Origin: Pelagomonas calceolata
Taxonomy: Eukaryota
Direction: 5' to 3'
Assembly (NCBI GenBank): GCA_918797485.1
Contig: CAKKNE010000004.1
Span: 3,224,001-3,288,000, forward strand
DNA: 64,000 nt
Under the pieces are notes generated by a model. That model was not told where the DNA came from, did no database searches, and worked only from the letters and a program-made list of their open reading frames with translations. The translations under genes were made by a program, and so were the position numbers. Positions 29,234 to 39,504 of the stretch are shown here, in pieces (position 1 is the stretch's first letter; every line of letters begins with the position of its first letter).

Positions 29234-30946
29234 ATGGCAGCACACGTAACCCAGCAGCTCAGCAGCGCTTCCTTGGAAGACGCCTGCGACGACGACGACG
29301 TGTATGAGGTCTGCACGCACGTCGCCATCGTGAGAAAAACACCGGAGCTCGACAGCCCGGAGTTAGCCGCTGTCCCAAGAGGAGCAAGAAATCTGCTGCT
29401 GGAGGGCGACTTAGGGAAGCTTTCCAAGCACGTGAGGCGGGTGCGCTGGCGGGTAGGAAGGGACGAGGGCTTTGTTTCCAGAAGATGTGTGAGACCTGTC
29501 TCCTGGAAAAGTATCTGCCGACGGACGGGACGAGCGCGCTGGCGGTTGGATGTTTCCGACTGGCGGCCCGTGCGCGGCGAGCAAGGTAGGGAGTGGGCGT
29601 TCCTGATGGATCTGATTCCCGAGCCGTCAGAGAAAGAAAGAATAGGGAGGTTCCACCACGCGTCCGACCGGTACAAGGCGTTAGTATCAAGGTTATGTGC
29701 GCGTAGAGTGTGCGCCGTGTGTTTAGGGCTCGAGGACGCGACTGTCGAGGTCGGACGGACCAAGGGCAAGAAGCCGTTCTTGTTACAAGGGGGTTCAGAT
29801 GAGAAGCCGAACTTCAATTTCAACGTGAGCCACGACGGGAGGCATGTCGTCGTATGTGCGGAGCCTCGTACAGTAGTAGGTGTCGATGTGTGCGCCCCTG
29901 ATTCGGAACGGAAGGGCGGCGGCGAGCACGACCTCGAGGCCATGAAAGATATGTTGACAGCACGGGAGTGGGCCTGGTTAAATACTGAAGATAGAGCTGA
30001 AAGATTCAGGTTGCTGTGGAGCGGGAAGGAGGCCTTCGCGAAGGCTCGGGGCGACGGCCTGGGCTTCGAGTTCAAACGGCTGGATCTTGTTATCACACAA
30101 GTCAAATGTAAGGATGGGCGACGGCTCTTCGAGGGTAAACCCATTGTGGATGGTGTTTCACTGGAAAAGGAGTGGCGCCTGTCGCTCGAAATCTTCGAAG
30201 ATGGACACGTCTTTGCCTCCGCGAGAGGGCCGGTCCATGCTGTCGTAGATGCGCACGGCCTGTTCAAAGCGACCCTTCGAAAGCAATCAATCACGTCTGA
30301 AGAGTTAGACGCAGACTTACATCTCGAGTGGACGCCTTTATCTATTGCAGACTTAGTACCCGACGAGCAGAGGAAAGCCTACCTGAGGTGCGTCGACGAC
30401 GATGAGAGATCACTGGCGCCGCCTCCACCAGCACTGTCGCCGGACTCGACGACGCCCGGCTCCGTGCGCTACCAGACGTCGCCGCCGCCACCGGGCGACG
30501 TGAAGAAGGGGTCTGGCGTTTATGTAAGTGAGGCGCCCATGGACTGCCAATGGGCCGTCTACGGGCGCGACGACGATTATCGATCTTCTTGTGCGAAGGA
30601 TGGGTGTGTCACGAACAATAGGGGCATGATCCTAGGTTATCTCACGGAGACGCAAGCGGGGTCGGCTTCCGAGGAGTTTTTGGGCGAGCTCGAGCCCGAC
30701 GCCACCGGTTCGGCGTTGAACGCGCTCGATGGCCAGGATACGCATATTTGTACATTACATTTGGACGGCTGTCGTTTAGTATCATTGGAAGGGTCGACGC
30801 TGTGTGAAGTCGACCGCTCGGGCCGGATTCTCGGGCCGCGGTCTCAAGTATTAGGTGAGGTCCGGCCCTTTTCCTACGCGATGCAGCGCGAGGTCGCGCT
30901 GTATCTATGCTTCCTGGACCCGGGTTTATTGGATTCTCAAGTGTAA
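29234..30946 (+). CDS. 4'-phosphopantetheinyl transferase (AASDHPPT/Sfp type) with N- and C-terminal extensions
   Basis: RTKGKKPF, NFNFNVSHDG, VGVDV, F..LWSGKEAFAKARGDGLG. Confidence 0.9.
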   Translation: MAAHVTQQLSSASLEDACDDDDVYEVCTHVAIVRKTPELDSPELAAVPRGARNLLLEGDLGKLSKHVRRVRWRVGRDEGFVSRRCVRPVSWKSICRRTGRARWRLDVSDWRPVRGEQGREWAFLMDLIPEPSEKERIGRFHHASDRYKALVSRLCARRVCAVCLGLEDATVEVGRTKGKKPFLLQGGSDEKPNFNFNVSHDGRHVVVCAEPRTVVGVDVCAPDSERKGGGEHDLEAMKDMLTAREWAWLNTEDRAERFRLLWSGKEAFAKARGDGLGFEFKRLDLVITQVKCKDGRRLFEGKPIVDGVSLEKEWRLSLEIFEDGHVFASARGPVHAVVDAHGLFKATLRKQSITSEELDADLHLEWTPLSIADLVPDEQRKAYLRCVDDDERSLAPPPPALSPDSTTPGSVRYQTSPPPPGDVKKGSGVYVSEAPMDCQWAVYGRDDDYRSSCAKDGCVTNNRGMILGYLTETQAGSASEEFLGELEPDATGSALNALDGQDTHICTLHLDGCRLVSLEGSTLCEVDRSGRILGPRSQVLGEVRPFSYAMQREVALYLCFLDPGLLDSQV

Positions 30947-31197
30947 CTTTTCAAGTTTGTGCCAGTGGTACTCGTTCTCTCGCGCACCGTCTAGGATCAC
31001 GCCATCGCCGCGACAACACACCAAGACTAGAAGAGATGAATCGTATTTATAGGTGACCGCGTGGGCCCCGCCCGGGCGGCGGCGACCGGCGTTCGCTCGG
31101 CACGTATGTCACATGCGCCGTTTTGTAGCGAGGCCGTTTTTCCAGGCTCACAGGAGCCCCCCAGAAAAGTGTCGCCGCGCTCGAGGGCGAGCGCAGT

Positions 31198-32475
31198 CTA
31201 GTAGCCGCCGTAGCCCTGCTGCCTAGGGGCATAGCGGCGTCTATCAGCATCGCCATACCCCACGGACAGCAAGTTGAGAGCTGCCGTGTCCGCCGCCAAC
31301 GAATCGGCAGCATAGGCGTCCGACGACTCGGGCGCCGGCGCGTAGAGGCCGCCGCCGCCAAAACCATTGGAACCAGAAGGCGCCGAGGGCGCCGGCGCGC
31401 CCCAGCCGTCGCCCGCCGCGGAATAATTGGTAGACCAGATGCTCCCGGAGTCGAAGAAGCCGGCGCCGGCGACGGGCGACGCGTCCAGCCGAAACGCGGG
31501 GCGGTGGCCGTTCGATGGCGGCGCCGGCGCCGGCGCGTTCCACAAACCAGCCACATCTAACGGCGGCTGCCTCGACTGTTGGGGAGGTGGCGGCGGCGCC
31601 GGCGCCGGCTGGCGCGTCCCGCCCAACAGCGAATCTAGACCCGTCGAGCCCCCTCTGCCGAAGCCGTACTCGCCGCCGAGAGACTGGAGGTTGTCTGTCG
31701 AAGACCCGTACCCGTAGGACTGGGTAGGAGCGCGCGGCGGCCGGCCCTCCGGCCGCTTCTGCTGCTCCTGGTCCCGCAGCGACGCCGCAATGGCCTGCTG
31801 CCGCTGCTGCTCCTCCAAGAGCTCCGCATTGCGTTTAGCCTCGGCCCGGCGCTGCTGGCGATTCGGCGCGTTCTCACTATCGCTCCCGGCCCGGTTCCGG
31901 CGCAGCGTCAGAGGATGCTCCGACGGCAGCGGAATGCGCTGGACGCCCGTCGCCGCGACGATGGCCTCGCGCTTCTCCTTGTTTCTTTCCTTCTTCTCCT
32001 TCTCGCGCAGCTTCATCTCGCGCTTGTTCCGCATGATTTCTTCCTTTTCTACGGCACTGAAGGCGTGCGGGTTGTCGTGGTACGGATTCCTACAAGCCGG
32101 GCAGAGATTATTCAAATTCTCCTTGATGTGGTGCCAGCACCACATGCAGACCTGCGTGTCGCGTGGTGAGTTTGTCAGCGTTGGGCGGTGCTCTCTCGCG
32201 CTCTCTCGCGGTCGCGTCGACGACAGCCTCGGCGCGTCCGGGGGCGCTCTCAGCAGCCCCGGAGCCCGGCCCGGGGCGCGCCGGGCGTCGCGCTGCTCGT
32301 GCCGGCCGCGTCGCGCGCGCGCGCGGCGACCCGAACACAAATTAGTTCGCCAGCTGTTTTCTCGTCGGACGCCGCGTCTCGCCTGGTAGCCACATTTGCA
32401 CGGCAGGAAGTTCTGGTCCGAGATGTCCAGCTCCTCGCAGCACAGCGGGCACACCTGCTCGTCGCTGTCCGACAT
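31198..32475 (-). CDS. CNOT4/Not4-type C4C4 RING protein; exons 32475-32383 and 32151-31198
   Basis: CPLCCEELDISDQNFLPCKCGYQ | VCMWCWHHIKENLNNLCPACRNPY after removing the GC-AG intron 32152-32382; no RRM seen. Confidence 0.8.
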   Translation of the reverse strand: MSDSDEQVCPLCCEELDISDQNFLPCKCGYQARRGVRRENSWRTNLCSGRRARARRGRHEQRDARRAPGRAPGLLRAPPDAPRLSSTRPRESAREHRPTLTNSPRDTQVCMWCWHHIKENLNNLCPACRNPYHDNPHAFSAVEKEEIMRNKREMKLREKEKKERNKEKREAIVAATGVQRIPLPSEHPLTLRRNRAGSDSENAPNRQQRRAEAKRNAELLEEQQRQQAIAASLRDQEQQKRPEGRPPRAPTQSYGYGSSTDNLQSLGGEYGFGRGGSTGLDSLLGGTRQPAPAPPPPPQQSRQPPLDVAGLWNAPAPAPPSNGHRPAFRLDASPVAGAGFFDSGSIWSTNYSAAGDGWGAPAPSAPSGSNGFGGGGLYAPAPESSDAYAADSLAADTAALNLLSVGYGDADRRRYAPRQQGYGGY

Positions 32476-32774
32476 GATTGCGCCGCGCTCCTCGCTCCTC
32501 GCGCGCTTTTGGCCTAGCCTCTGCCGCCGCCGAAACTAGGGGTCCCCAGCCTTCAGCGCCCAAAGGGTCGCCTTCGGCTCGCTGTCCTGCCTCCCGCCAA
32601 CGCCCGCTTGGGTAGCGGACTAGCTGCGGCGGGGGCGCGCGTCGCTGTGCCGCAGAGGACGGAGGACAGGCTAGTGTGCTCCGCGGCGCCGCGCTTGAAT
32701 TTTCTGGCCGTCTGGCAGCCTCTGCAGGCCTCACAAAGACAAGCGAAGCAACCGGAGCCGAAAGCTGCAAATTT

Positions 32775-32798
32775 GCTAGTGTCTTTATGGCCGCTAGC
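32775..32798 (+). promoter_or_regulatory. CTAG-N14-CTAG element copy
   Basis: gctagtgtctttatggccgctagc between divergent ATGs 32475 and 32864. Confidence 0.8.
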
Positions 32799-32863
32799 TA
32801 GTCCATCCGCAGCCAAAAAGCGTAGCTGCTAGGGCTGCCCCACGCGGCCGCCGCGACAACGAG

Positions 32864-34018
32864 ATGATCCTCACGCAATGCGCCGTCTGCGCCACCGAGC
32901 TTGGCTTGACCTTGGGCAAGAAATGCGGTCGCTGCAGCACGCGCTACTGCGGGGCAGCCTGCCAGGTGCAGCACTGGAAAGAGGGCGGGCACGACCAGCT
33001 CTGCAAACCAATAAAAAAGGCTGGCGGCGCGGAGCAATACAACGCAAATAACAAGTACGCGGAGGCTGTATCGGTCGCGGCGGAGGCGTGCGCGGAGGAC
33101 ACCAAGGGGCAGACGTGCTACATCTGCACGCAAGCCTTGCATTGGAAAACGAAGGAAGGCCTCGTGCGCGGGTGCTCTTGCCGCGGGACGGCGGGCTTCG
33201 CGCACGTGTCGTGTCTGGCGGAGCAGGCGAAGATCTTGGTTGCGGAGGCCGAGGAGAACAATTTGGGCCACAAGGCGTTGAATGAGAGATTTGCGCGGTG
33301 GCACACGTGCGGTCTGTGCGAGCAACGGCACCACGGCGTCGTGCTGTGCGCTCTCGGGTGGGCCTGCTGGAAGACCTACGTGGGGCGGCCGGAGACAGAC
33401 GCTCACCGGCTCGTGGCGATGAGCGTGCTTGGGAACGGTTTATCCGCAGCAGACTATAACGAGGAAGCGTTGACTGTGAGAGAGGCCGAGTTGGCTATGC
33501 TGCGGCGCGCTGACGCACCAGAATATAACACTCTCTCCGTGATGAGCAATCTTGCGATTGCGTATGAAGCGCTTGGACGACCCGAGGCCCTGCAAGCGAA
33601 ACGGGACGTATACTATGGATATTTGAAGCTCCAAGGTGATGAACATCAACATACCCTCAATGCAGCCAGCAACTACGCGTGGGGTCTTGTTCAGCTTGAG
33701 CGCTTCGAAGAAGCCAAGGCACTGTTTCGCAAAACGATACCCATAGCCCGGCGCGTTTTCGGCGAGGGTAAGGAACTCACGCTCAGGATGAGATGGCTTT
33801 CCGCAGAGGCGCTCTACAAAGCCGACGGCGCCACGCTCGACGATCTCCGCGAGGCCGTGACGACGCTCGAGGACACCGCACGGATTGCGCGGCGCGTGCT
33901 CGGACCTTCGCACCCGACCACAGAAGACATTGTGCGCGATTTGCAACTCGCGCGAGCGGCGCTTGGCGCCCGCGACGTCGAGCCTCTCCGGGAGGCCGTG
34001 GGGGCGATGGACGTGTAA
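32864..34018 (+). CDS. MYND + RING-variant + TPR protein (copy 2)
   Basis: Same architecture and near-identical core DTKGQTCYICTQALHWKTKEGLVR..CRGTAGFAHVSCLAEQAKIL as 15519-16673. Confidence 0.85.
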   Translation: MILTQCAVCATELGLTLGKKCGRCSTRYCGAACQVQHWKEGGHDQLCKPIKKAGGAEQYNANNKYAEAVSVAAEACAEDTKGQTCYICTQALHWKTKEGLVRGCSCRGTAGFAHVSCLAEQAKILVAEAEENNLGHKALNERFARWHTCGLCEQRHHGVVLCALGWACWKTYVGRPETDAHRLVAMSVLGNGLSAADYNEEALTVREAELAMLRRADAPEYNTLSVMSNLAIAYEALGRPEALQAKRDVYYGYLKLQGDEHQHTLNAASNYAWGLVQLERFEEAKALFRKTIPIARRVFGEGKELTLRMRWLSAEALYKADGATLDDLREAVTTLEDTARIARRVLGPSHPTTEDIVRDLQLARAALGARDVEPLREAVGAMDV

Positions 34019-34028
34019 GAAAGACTGT

Positions 34029-34682
34029 TTACACAATAGCAACCCCCAGAAGAGCGACGAGGGCCGCTCCCGCGACCCCGCGCCGCGCCGCCGCGTTGCA
34101 GGGGATGTCCACGTCGTGCTTGTACGCCTTCTTGTTCACGCAGCACGTCGTCTCGACCGTGAAGCCCGCGATCTCGTATTTGAAGGGCGTGTCGTCCAAA
34201 TTGGACAGGTCCGCGTTAACGGTAGAGATGCCCATGGCCTTCTGCTCCGCCGCCGTCGGGTAGCACTGGCTGTGGTTCGCGCAGCTGCGAATAATCGCAC
34301 ATTTTCTATTTTCTGGATCGACGTTATCGCGGTTGTCGGGGTCGTGGAACTCCTCGCAGACCTTCGTGCGCGCGCAGTACCAGGGCCCCGCGCAGCTCGG
34401 ATCATTTTTGTTGTCCGAGAGGCACTCGGCGTCGCAGAACACCGAGCGGAGCATGTACTCGTCCGTGCCGGAGTAGCACTCGGAACGATCGTCGAGCTTC
34501 CAGCGCTCGTCCTCCATGCCGCCGCCCGTTCTCGGTTTCACGGCGTCTCTTACCTTCTTGTATTGATTGTCGCCGAAGGTCCATTCTTTTTTCGCGCCCT
34601 GCTGGAAGGTCGTCGTCGTCTGCGTTTGTTGTTGGGCCGTGGCGGCGGCGATTGCGGCGAGGCGGAGGAGGCGCCGCGCCAT
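34029..34682 (-). CDS. Secreted Cys-rich, probably GPI-anchored surface protein
   Basis: Signal peptide, ~12 Cys including TCC...CN, hydrophobic C-terminus AALVALLGVAIV. Confidence 0.75.
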   Translation of the reverse strand: MARRLLRLAAIAAATAQQQTQTTTTFQQGAKKEWTFGDNQYKKVRDAVKPRTGGGMEDERWKLDDRSECYSGTDEYMLRSVFCDAECLSDNKNDPSCAGPWYCARTKVCEEFHDPDNRDNVDPENRKCAIIRSCANHSQCYPTAAEQKAMGISTVNADLSNLDDTPFKYEIAGFTVETTCCVNKKAYKHDVDIPCNAAARRGVAGAALVALLGVAIV

Positions 34683-34872
34683 CGCTCTCGCGCGGCCGTG
34701 GCGTTTTGGGTCACAGGTCCAATATTTAGTCTTTTTATAAGAGTAAAATAGTGTGAGCGGCGCGACGGGAACCGTACAGGTCGGAGGCGGCGGTTATGGG
34801 TGTCCCTCTGAGTCGCCTTGAACCGCGCCGGCGTGCCGACTGAGCGCGAAAGCCAGTCGATGAAACCACTGG

Positions 34873-34895
34873 GCTAGCGGCTGTAAGACACTAGC
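34873..34895 (-). promoter_or_regulatory. CTAG-N13-CTAG element copy
   Basis: gctagcggctgtaagacactagc midway between divergent ATGs 34682 and 35094. Confidence 0.85.
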
Positions 34896-35093
34896 ATACA
34901 GCAGCAGACGAGACCGAGCGCTCGACGCCACGACGTACACGCCGCGTAGAGCTAGAACGAGAAGCGCGCAAGTGCTCAGCGATCACTGCGCCAGCAGCCA
35001 GCAGCACGCAGCGACCGCTGAGCCGCTGTAAGCACTCGCCACACAGCAAGGCAGCAAGGAGCAACTGAGAGAGCCAGGCGAGCAAAAGAAACG

Positions 35094-38000
35094 ATGCCCA
35101 AGGCCCGCTTCACCGTGAGCGACGTCGCCGCCATGGCAAGAGAAGTGCGAGAAAGGTGCGGCGACTGGCGCGTCAACCAAATTTATGATGGGGACGCCCG
35201 GACGTTCGTCCTGAAGCTGCAGCAGTCTGGAATTCCAGAAAAACGCTTGTTACTCCTAGAATCGGGCACGAAGTTCCTCGTCACCAAATTCGATGCGCGC
35301 GAAGATCCACAAGCTATGCCGTCGCCCCTATGTTCGAAATTGCGTTCATCGTTAAAAGGCAAGCGTCTGACCGACGTGAAAGCGCTTGGTAGAGATCGAG
35401 TCGTTTCCCTGCGCTTCGGCGCCGGGCCCGGCACGTTCAACTTATTCCTCGAGCTGTACGCCGCGGGCAACGTCGTTTTGTGTGATGCGTCGTATGTCGT
35501 GGTCGCCGCGCTACGCACCGACAGCCTCAAAGTCGGCGACTCATATACTGTTGCGGTGCGGGCCGTGGCGCCGCCTTCAGAATTACTGCCTGCTGATGGA
35601 CTACAAAAGTTCTTGGAAGAAGCTTTACGCACGCGCGTCCAGCGGAGCGAGGCCGCGGCGCTCGCGCAACAAACGAAGAAGAAGAAAAAAAGAAGAGGCG
35701 CCTGGACCCTCGCCCAGCTTTTGTTGGATAGAGGTAGTGGCGTCGACGCCTACGGCAGTGATGTGGTGGACCACTGTATCGTAGCGTCGGGTCTCGACGG
35801 CTCGTTACCACTAGCCGAGCAGCCCGAGGACTACGTCCACAAACTCCACGCGTCCTTACGAGCCGCGCCATCCTTGGCCGACGCCATCACCACAGGCACT
35901 TGTGGCAAACCTCGTCTACTGTTAGAAAACGACAAATTCGTCTCGTTCGCACCCGGCGTGTTTTTGCAGCACGAGGCCTACGACGTGCGAGAATTTTCGT
36001 CGTTCTGCGAAGCGGTAGATGAATACTTCCGGGAAACGAAGGAAACGAAGTTACAATCGAAAGCTAAAGATGCTACCCATGCTATTACCGCGAAGGTCGA
36101 GAAGATCCGCATCGATCAGAAACAGCGCGTTGACGATCTAGAAGCTTCCCTAGCACTGAAAGAGAGAACTGCATCGTTGTTAGAAGAACGAGCGGACCAG
36201 ATCGACGCCGTCGTGCAGGTGCTGAACAATGCGCTACAGTCGGGCTTGCGGTGGGATGAAGTACAAGATTACGTGCGCGAGGAGCAGGCGAAGGGCTCTC
36301 CCCTCGCGTCGTTAATTCAAGAAATTGATTTTGAACAACGAGTAGTGACAGTGGCACTAGATGAGTGTTCCGCAAAAGTCTCGCTCGATGAAAGTGCGCG
36401 CGCCGCATCATCCACACTATGGTCGTTGGCAAAAAAAGCTAGGATGAAGGTCACAAAAACGCAGGAGGCTTCCGTCTCTGTCATCAAAGCGGCCGAGAAA
36501 CAAGCCGACAATAAGTTGAAAGCAAGGGCCTGGCAGCAGGACGCATCGCGCCTGAAAAGACAGAAATCCACACAAGCGTGGTTCCAGCGCTTCGCCTGGT
36601 TCGTTTCCTCCGAAGGGTTCTTAGTGGTCGCCCCTAGGGACAAAGGACAATGTGAACAAGTTTTATTTGGTGGGGTTCTCCGTCCTACCGATGCTCTGGT
36701 GCTCTGCGAACAGAACGGCCCCCCTACAGTAGTACGAGCTAGGAATGGTGTGTTATCACCATTGGCCCTGCACGAGGCCGGGTGCTTCGCGGCGTGTCGC
36801 TCGGACGCGTGGCAGCGGCGGGATCGCGCGCCGGCCTATTGGGTGCCCGGGTTTTCTGTGCGGCGCGTCGGCTCATCTAATAGTACGCAAGTGCTGAACG
36901 TGCTGGGAGACGTAGCGATTTCATCTGGTACGAAGAAGACGTATTTACCACCTACTCAACTAGAGCTCACTTTCGCGCTGCTCTTCAAGCTCTCGGATGA
37001 CAGTCTGGAGGCGCATTCAGGTGATAGGCCCGGTCGCGTGCCCGACGAGGAATTGTTGCGGTTGACACCGTCGGAAGAAGCTACGGAAAGTGAGGAGGAG
37101 GTTGCGCCTGTTGTTGTCGAGGACGCTTTGCCGCCCGCGCCGGAGCCGCACTTCGCGCGTACCGGCCTGTGTGGAAATCGACGCGCGTACCGGGCACGGG
37201 GACAATGTCGCGTCGATGGCGTGGAATCGCCGCGCCATCGTGCGGACGCGTCGCGTCGGTGTGGCGCCCAAAATTTGATTTCCACACAGGTACCGGCAAA
37301 CTCACGGCGAGGGAGCGCAAGCTCCTCAAGAAGTATGGCGGTGATATCGACGCCATGCGCGAAGCGGAGCAGCGGCGCATTGGGTCTAGAACGAGAGAGG
37401 GTAGACGGGCACCGTCGCCCGAGCCTTTGCCGGTAGACGAGGAGGAGGAAGTGCCGTCACCTGTGCAACAGAAGAAGACTAGTAGAAGACAGCGCGGCCA
37501 GAAGAAGAAGAAGAATAGACGGAGGGACGACTCGTCTGAGGACGAGGGACCGCGCGTGCCGCTGCGGTTGCAGAAGGTGCCCACTATATCTCGTAAAAAG
37601 AAGACGAAGAACGAGGGTTTGGAAGTATTAATAGGGATGGGCTTCGCTAGAGATGCCGCCGCCGCAACGTTAGCCGCACATGATGGTGATGTAAATGCCG
37701 CCGCGACGGCGTTGTCCGCCTTTGATCAAGAAGAGGAAGCACCGCCAGCACCACCGTCGACGGCGGAGTTGCTGGACGGGACTTCATCTCAAGCCGTAGC
37801 TCGATTAGGCCCGCTCGCGTCAGACGCGTGGGCGCGCTGTACGAGGGAAATTCCAGCATTGGACGAAGCGGCGATGGCTTATGAATTACACAGAGTGGCG
37901 GATTTGAATGACGACGCGAAGGCTTGTCAGGTTTTTGAGGCCTTTTTAACGGCCGACGTCGAGGAGCGGGAGCGAAATGATAGAAGGAGAAACGAGGCCG

Positions 38001-38494
38001 CGGCTCGCGAAAAGCGCACTGGAATCGCAAGTGATTTCGTGGAAGCGCCTAGGAACCTGCCCGCCCTACTCTCGGGCATCTGCCGACGAATTGCAAGAGG
38101 CGACGCCCCGAAGACGACGAAAAGTGCCGGTATTGTTATTGAGGGAGACGACGCCGAGCATGTCGCGAGGTTGACGGGGACGCCCCTACCAACCGATTCA
38201 TTAACAGAAGCCGTCGCCGTGTGCTGTCCTACGAGTGCTTGTAGAGGATTTGCGCACTCCCTCAAACTGCAGCCGGGGGGGACGAAGAAGGGTCGGGCCG
38301 CGCGCGACGCTCTTGAAATATTAGCGAGAGCGGCTTCTGATCATGTGGATTTGATACGAGACGTCGACGCGAACGAGGCGATCCTCGCGCTGGTGGGAAA
38401 CACGCGCGTGACGCATCAAGCGGCTTCTCAACTAAAAAAGGATCGAGCGGTGGATGAAAAACAAAACAAGAAGAAGAAGAAAACTAGTGTGTAA
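35094..38494 (+). CDS. NEMF: Ribosome quality control NEMF/Rqc2 homolog with UBA-like insertion; exons 35094-37158 and 37290-38494
   Basis: MPKARF..SDV, NQIYD, LLLESG, DRVVSLRFG, ELYAAGNVVL, WFQRFAWFVSSEGFLVV, C-terminal KLQPGGTKKG. Confidence 0.88.
37159..37289 (+). mobile_element. Introner-type intron (GT-AG) with TIRs and perfect 8-bp TSD
   Basis: TSD gtaccggc at 37159-37166 and 37290-37297; TIRs ctgtgtggaaatc / gatttccacacag; splicing gives FAR-TGKLTARERK. Confidence 0.9.
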
Positions 38495-38500
38495 GTAATG

Positions 38501-39106
38501 TTACTGGAGCGGTAGGAGTCGGCACCCGAGGAGCCCCTCGCCGGCCCATGTTCTAGCAGTCATCTCGAGTTTCACGCGATTGTTTCCCCTTTCTACCCAG
38601 ACGGCAAAGGGCCGTCCCACGTGTCCCAGCACGAACGGCTTCACCTGATCTAATGAGATCGCGTCGCCGAAGGCCACGACCAGATCTCCCAGCCTCAACC
38701 CGGCCTCGGCCGCGGGTGACGAAGCGCGCACCTCGGTAATCGAGCACCAGGGCGCGTTTGAGGGCGGCGCCGGCGGCGGTTTCACACTACGTGAAGGCGG
38801 CGGCGTTGTCCGAGCGTCCTCCGGCGGCGCGGCGAGCGCGATCGGTAACAAGGCTTCGATCTTCTTCATCAGCGCCTTGTGGTCCGTTCTTATGGTAGCG
38901 TGGCGGCCGCGCTGGCTTCTTACCCTATACAGATCCAAGTCCGCGCGCGGGTAGCCCTCGGCGTCGACCAACGCATCCTTGAGGCCGACGCCGAGGCCGT
39001 CCAATTCAGAGACGATGGCCGCGGCCTCGTCCTCTAAAGCTTGGCGCTGCCTTTCTAATTCCTTGAGCTGGGACCTGGCGTCGTCGCAGTCCATCTGTGC
39101 GGCCAT
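38501..39106 (-). CDS. PSMD9: 26S proteasome assembly chaperone PSMD9/Nas2 (Nas2_N + PDZ)
   Basis: LVDAEGYPRADLDLYRVR, SPAAEAGLRLGD, W.GEGLLGC. Confidence 0.92.
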   Translation of the reverse strand: MAAQMDCDDARSQLKELERQRQALEDEAAAIVSELDGLGVGLKDALVDAEGYPRADLDLYRVRSQRGRHATIRTDHKALMKKIEALLPIALAAPPEDARTTPPPSRSVKPPPAPPSNAPWCSITEVRASSPAAEAGLRLGDLVVAFGDAISLDQVKPFVLGHVGRPFAVWVERGNNRVKLEMTARTWAGEGLLGCRLLPLQ

Positions 39107-39504
39107 TTCTCTGATTCTATGGCGATTTTGGCGTCCTGGTTTTGTGTTTTGTGCTTGCTCTCCTGAACTTTGTCTGCGTTTCTGTGGCGGCGGTGCAATA
39201 CTGCTGGCTGCGACTTGTCTTAGAACGACCTCGAGTGCTGCTCTTGGCCCGCGATTGCGTCGCGCGGCACTTTTTAGCCGCGGCGCGCTTGGCCTAGCTA
39301 GCGTCGATAAACGTACTAGTTTTGTTAGCAGCCGAACTTGCCAAAAAGCGCCAGTGCACGGCGCGATTGGACCGGTAGACATAGGTAAACCGCTAAGGCG
39401 TAAGCCCATCCACAGGGGATTGCTATTCCCAAGCAGCAGAATCGCTGCGGCCGCCCCGGCTGTGTTCGGCTGCCTCGCTTCCAGAGAGAGCATTCCGTAA
39501 CTTA

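Noticed and set aside
28336..30294. 652-aa minus-strand ORF
   Set aside because: Antisense shadow of the PPTase plus intergenic DNA; no domain signal. The same applies to most short Arg/Ala-rich ORFs in the track
34795..34870. TPP-riboswitch-like words (gggtgt..ctgag..ttgaacc)
   Set aside because: Lacks the downstream TGAT...TAATGC...AGGG core and there is no thiamine gene nearby
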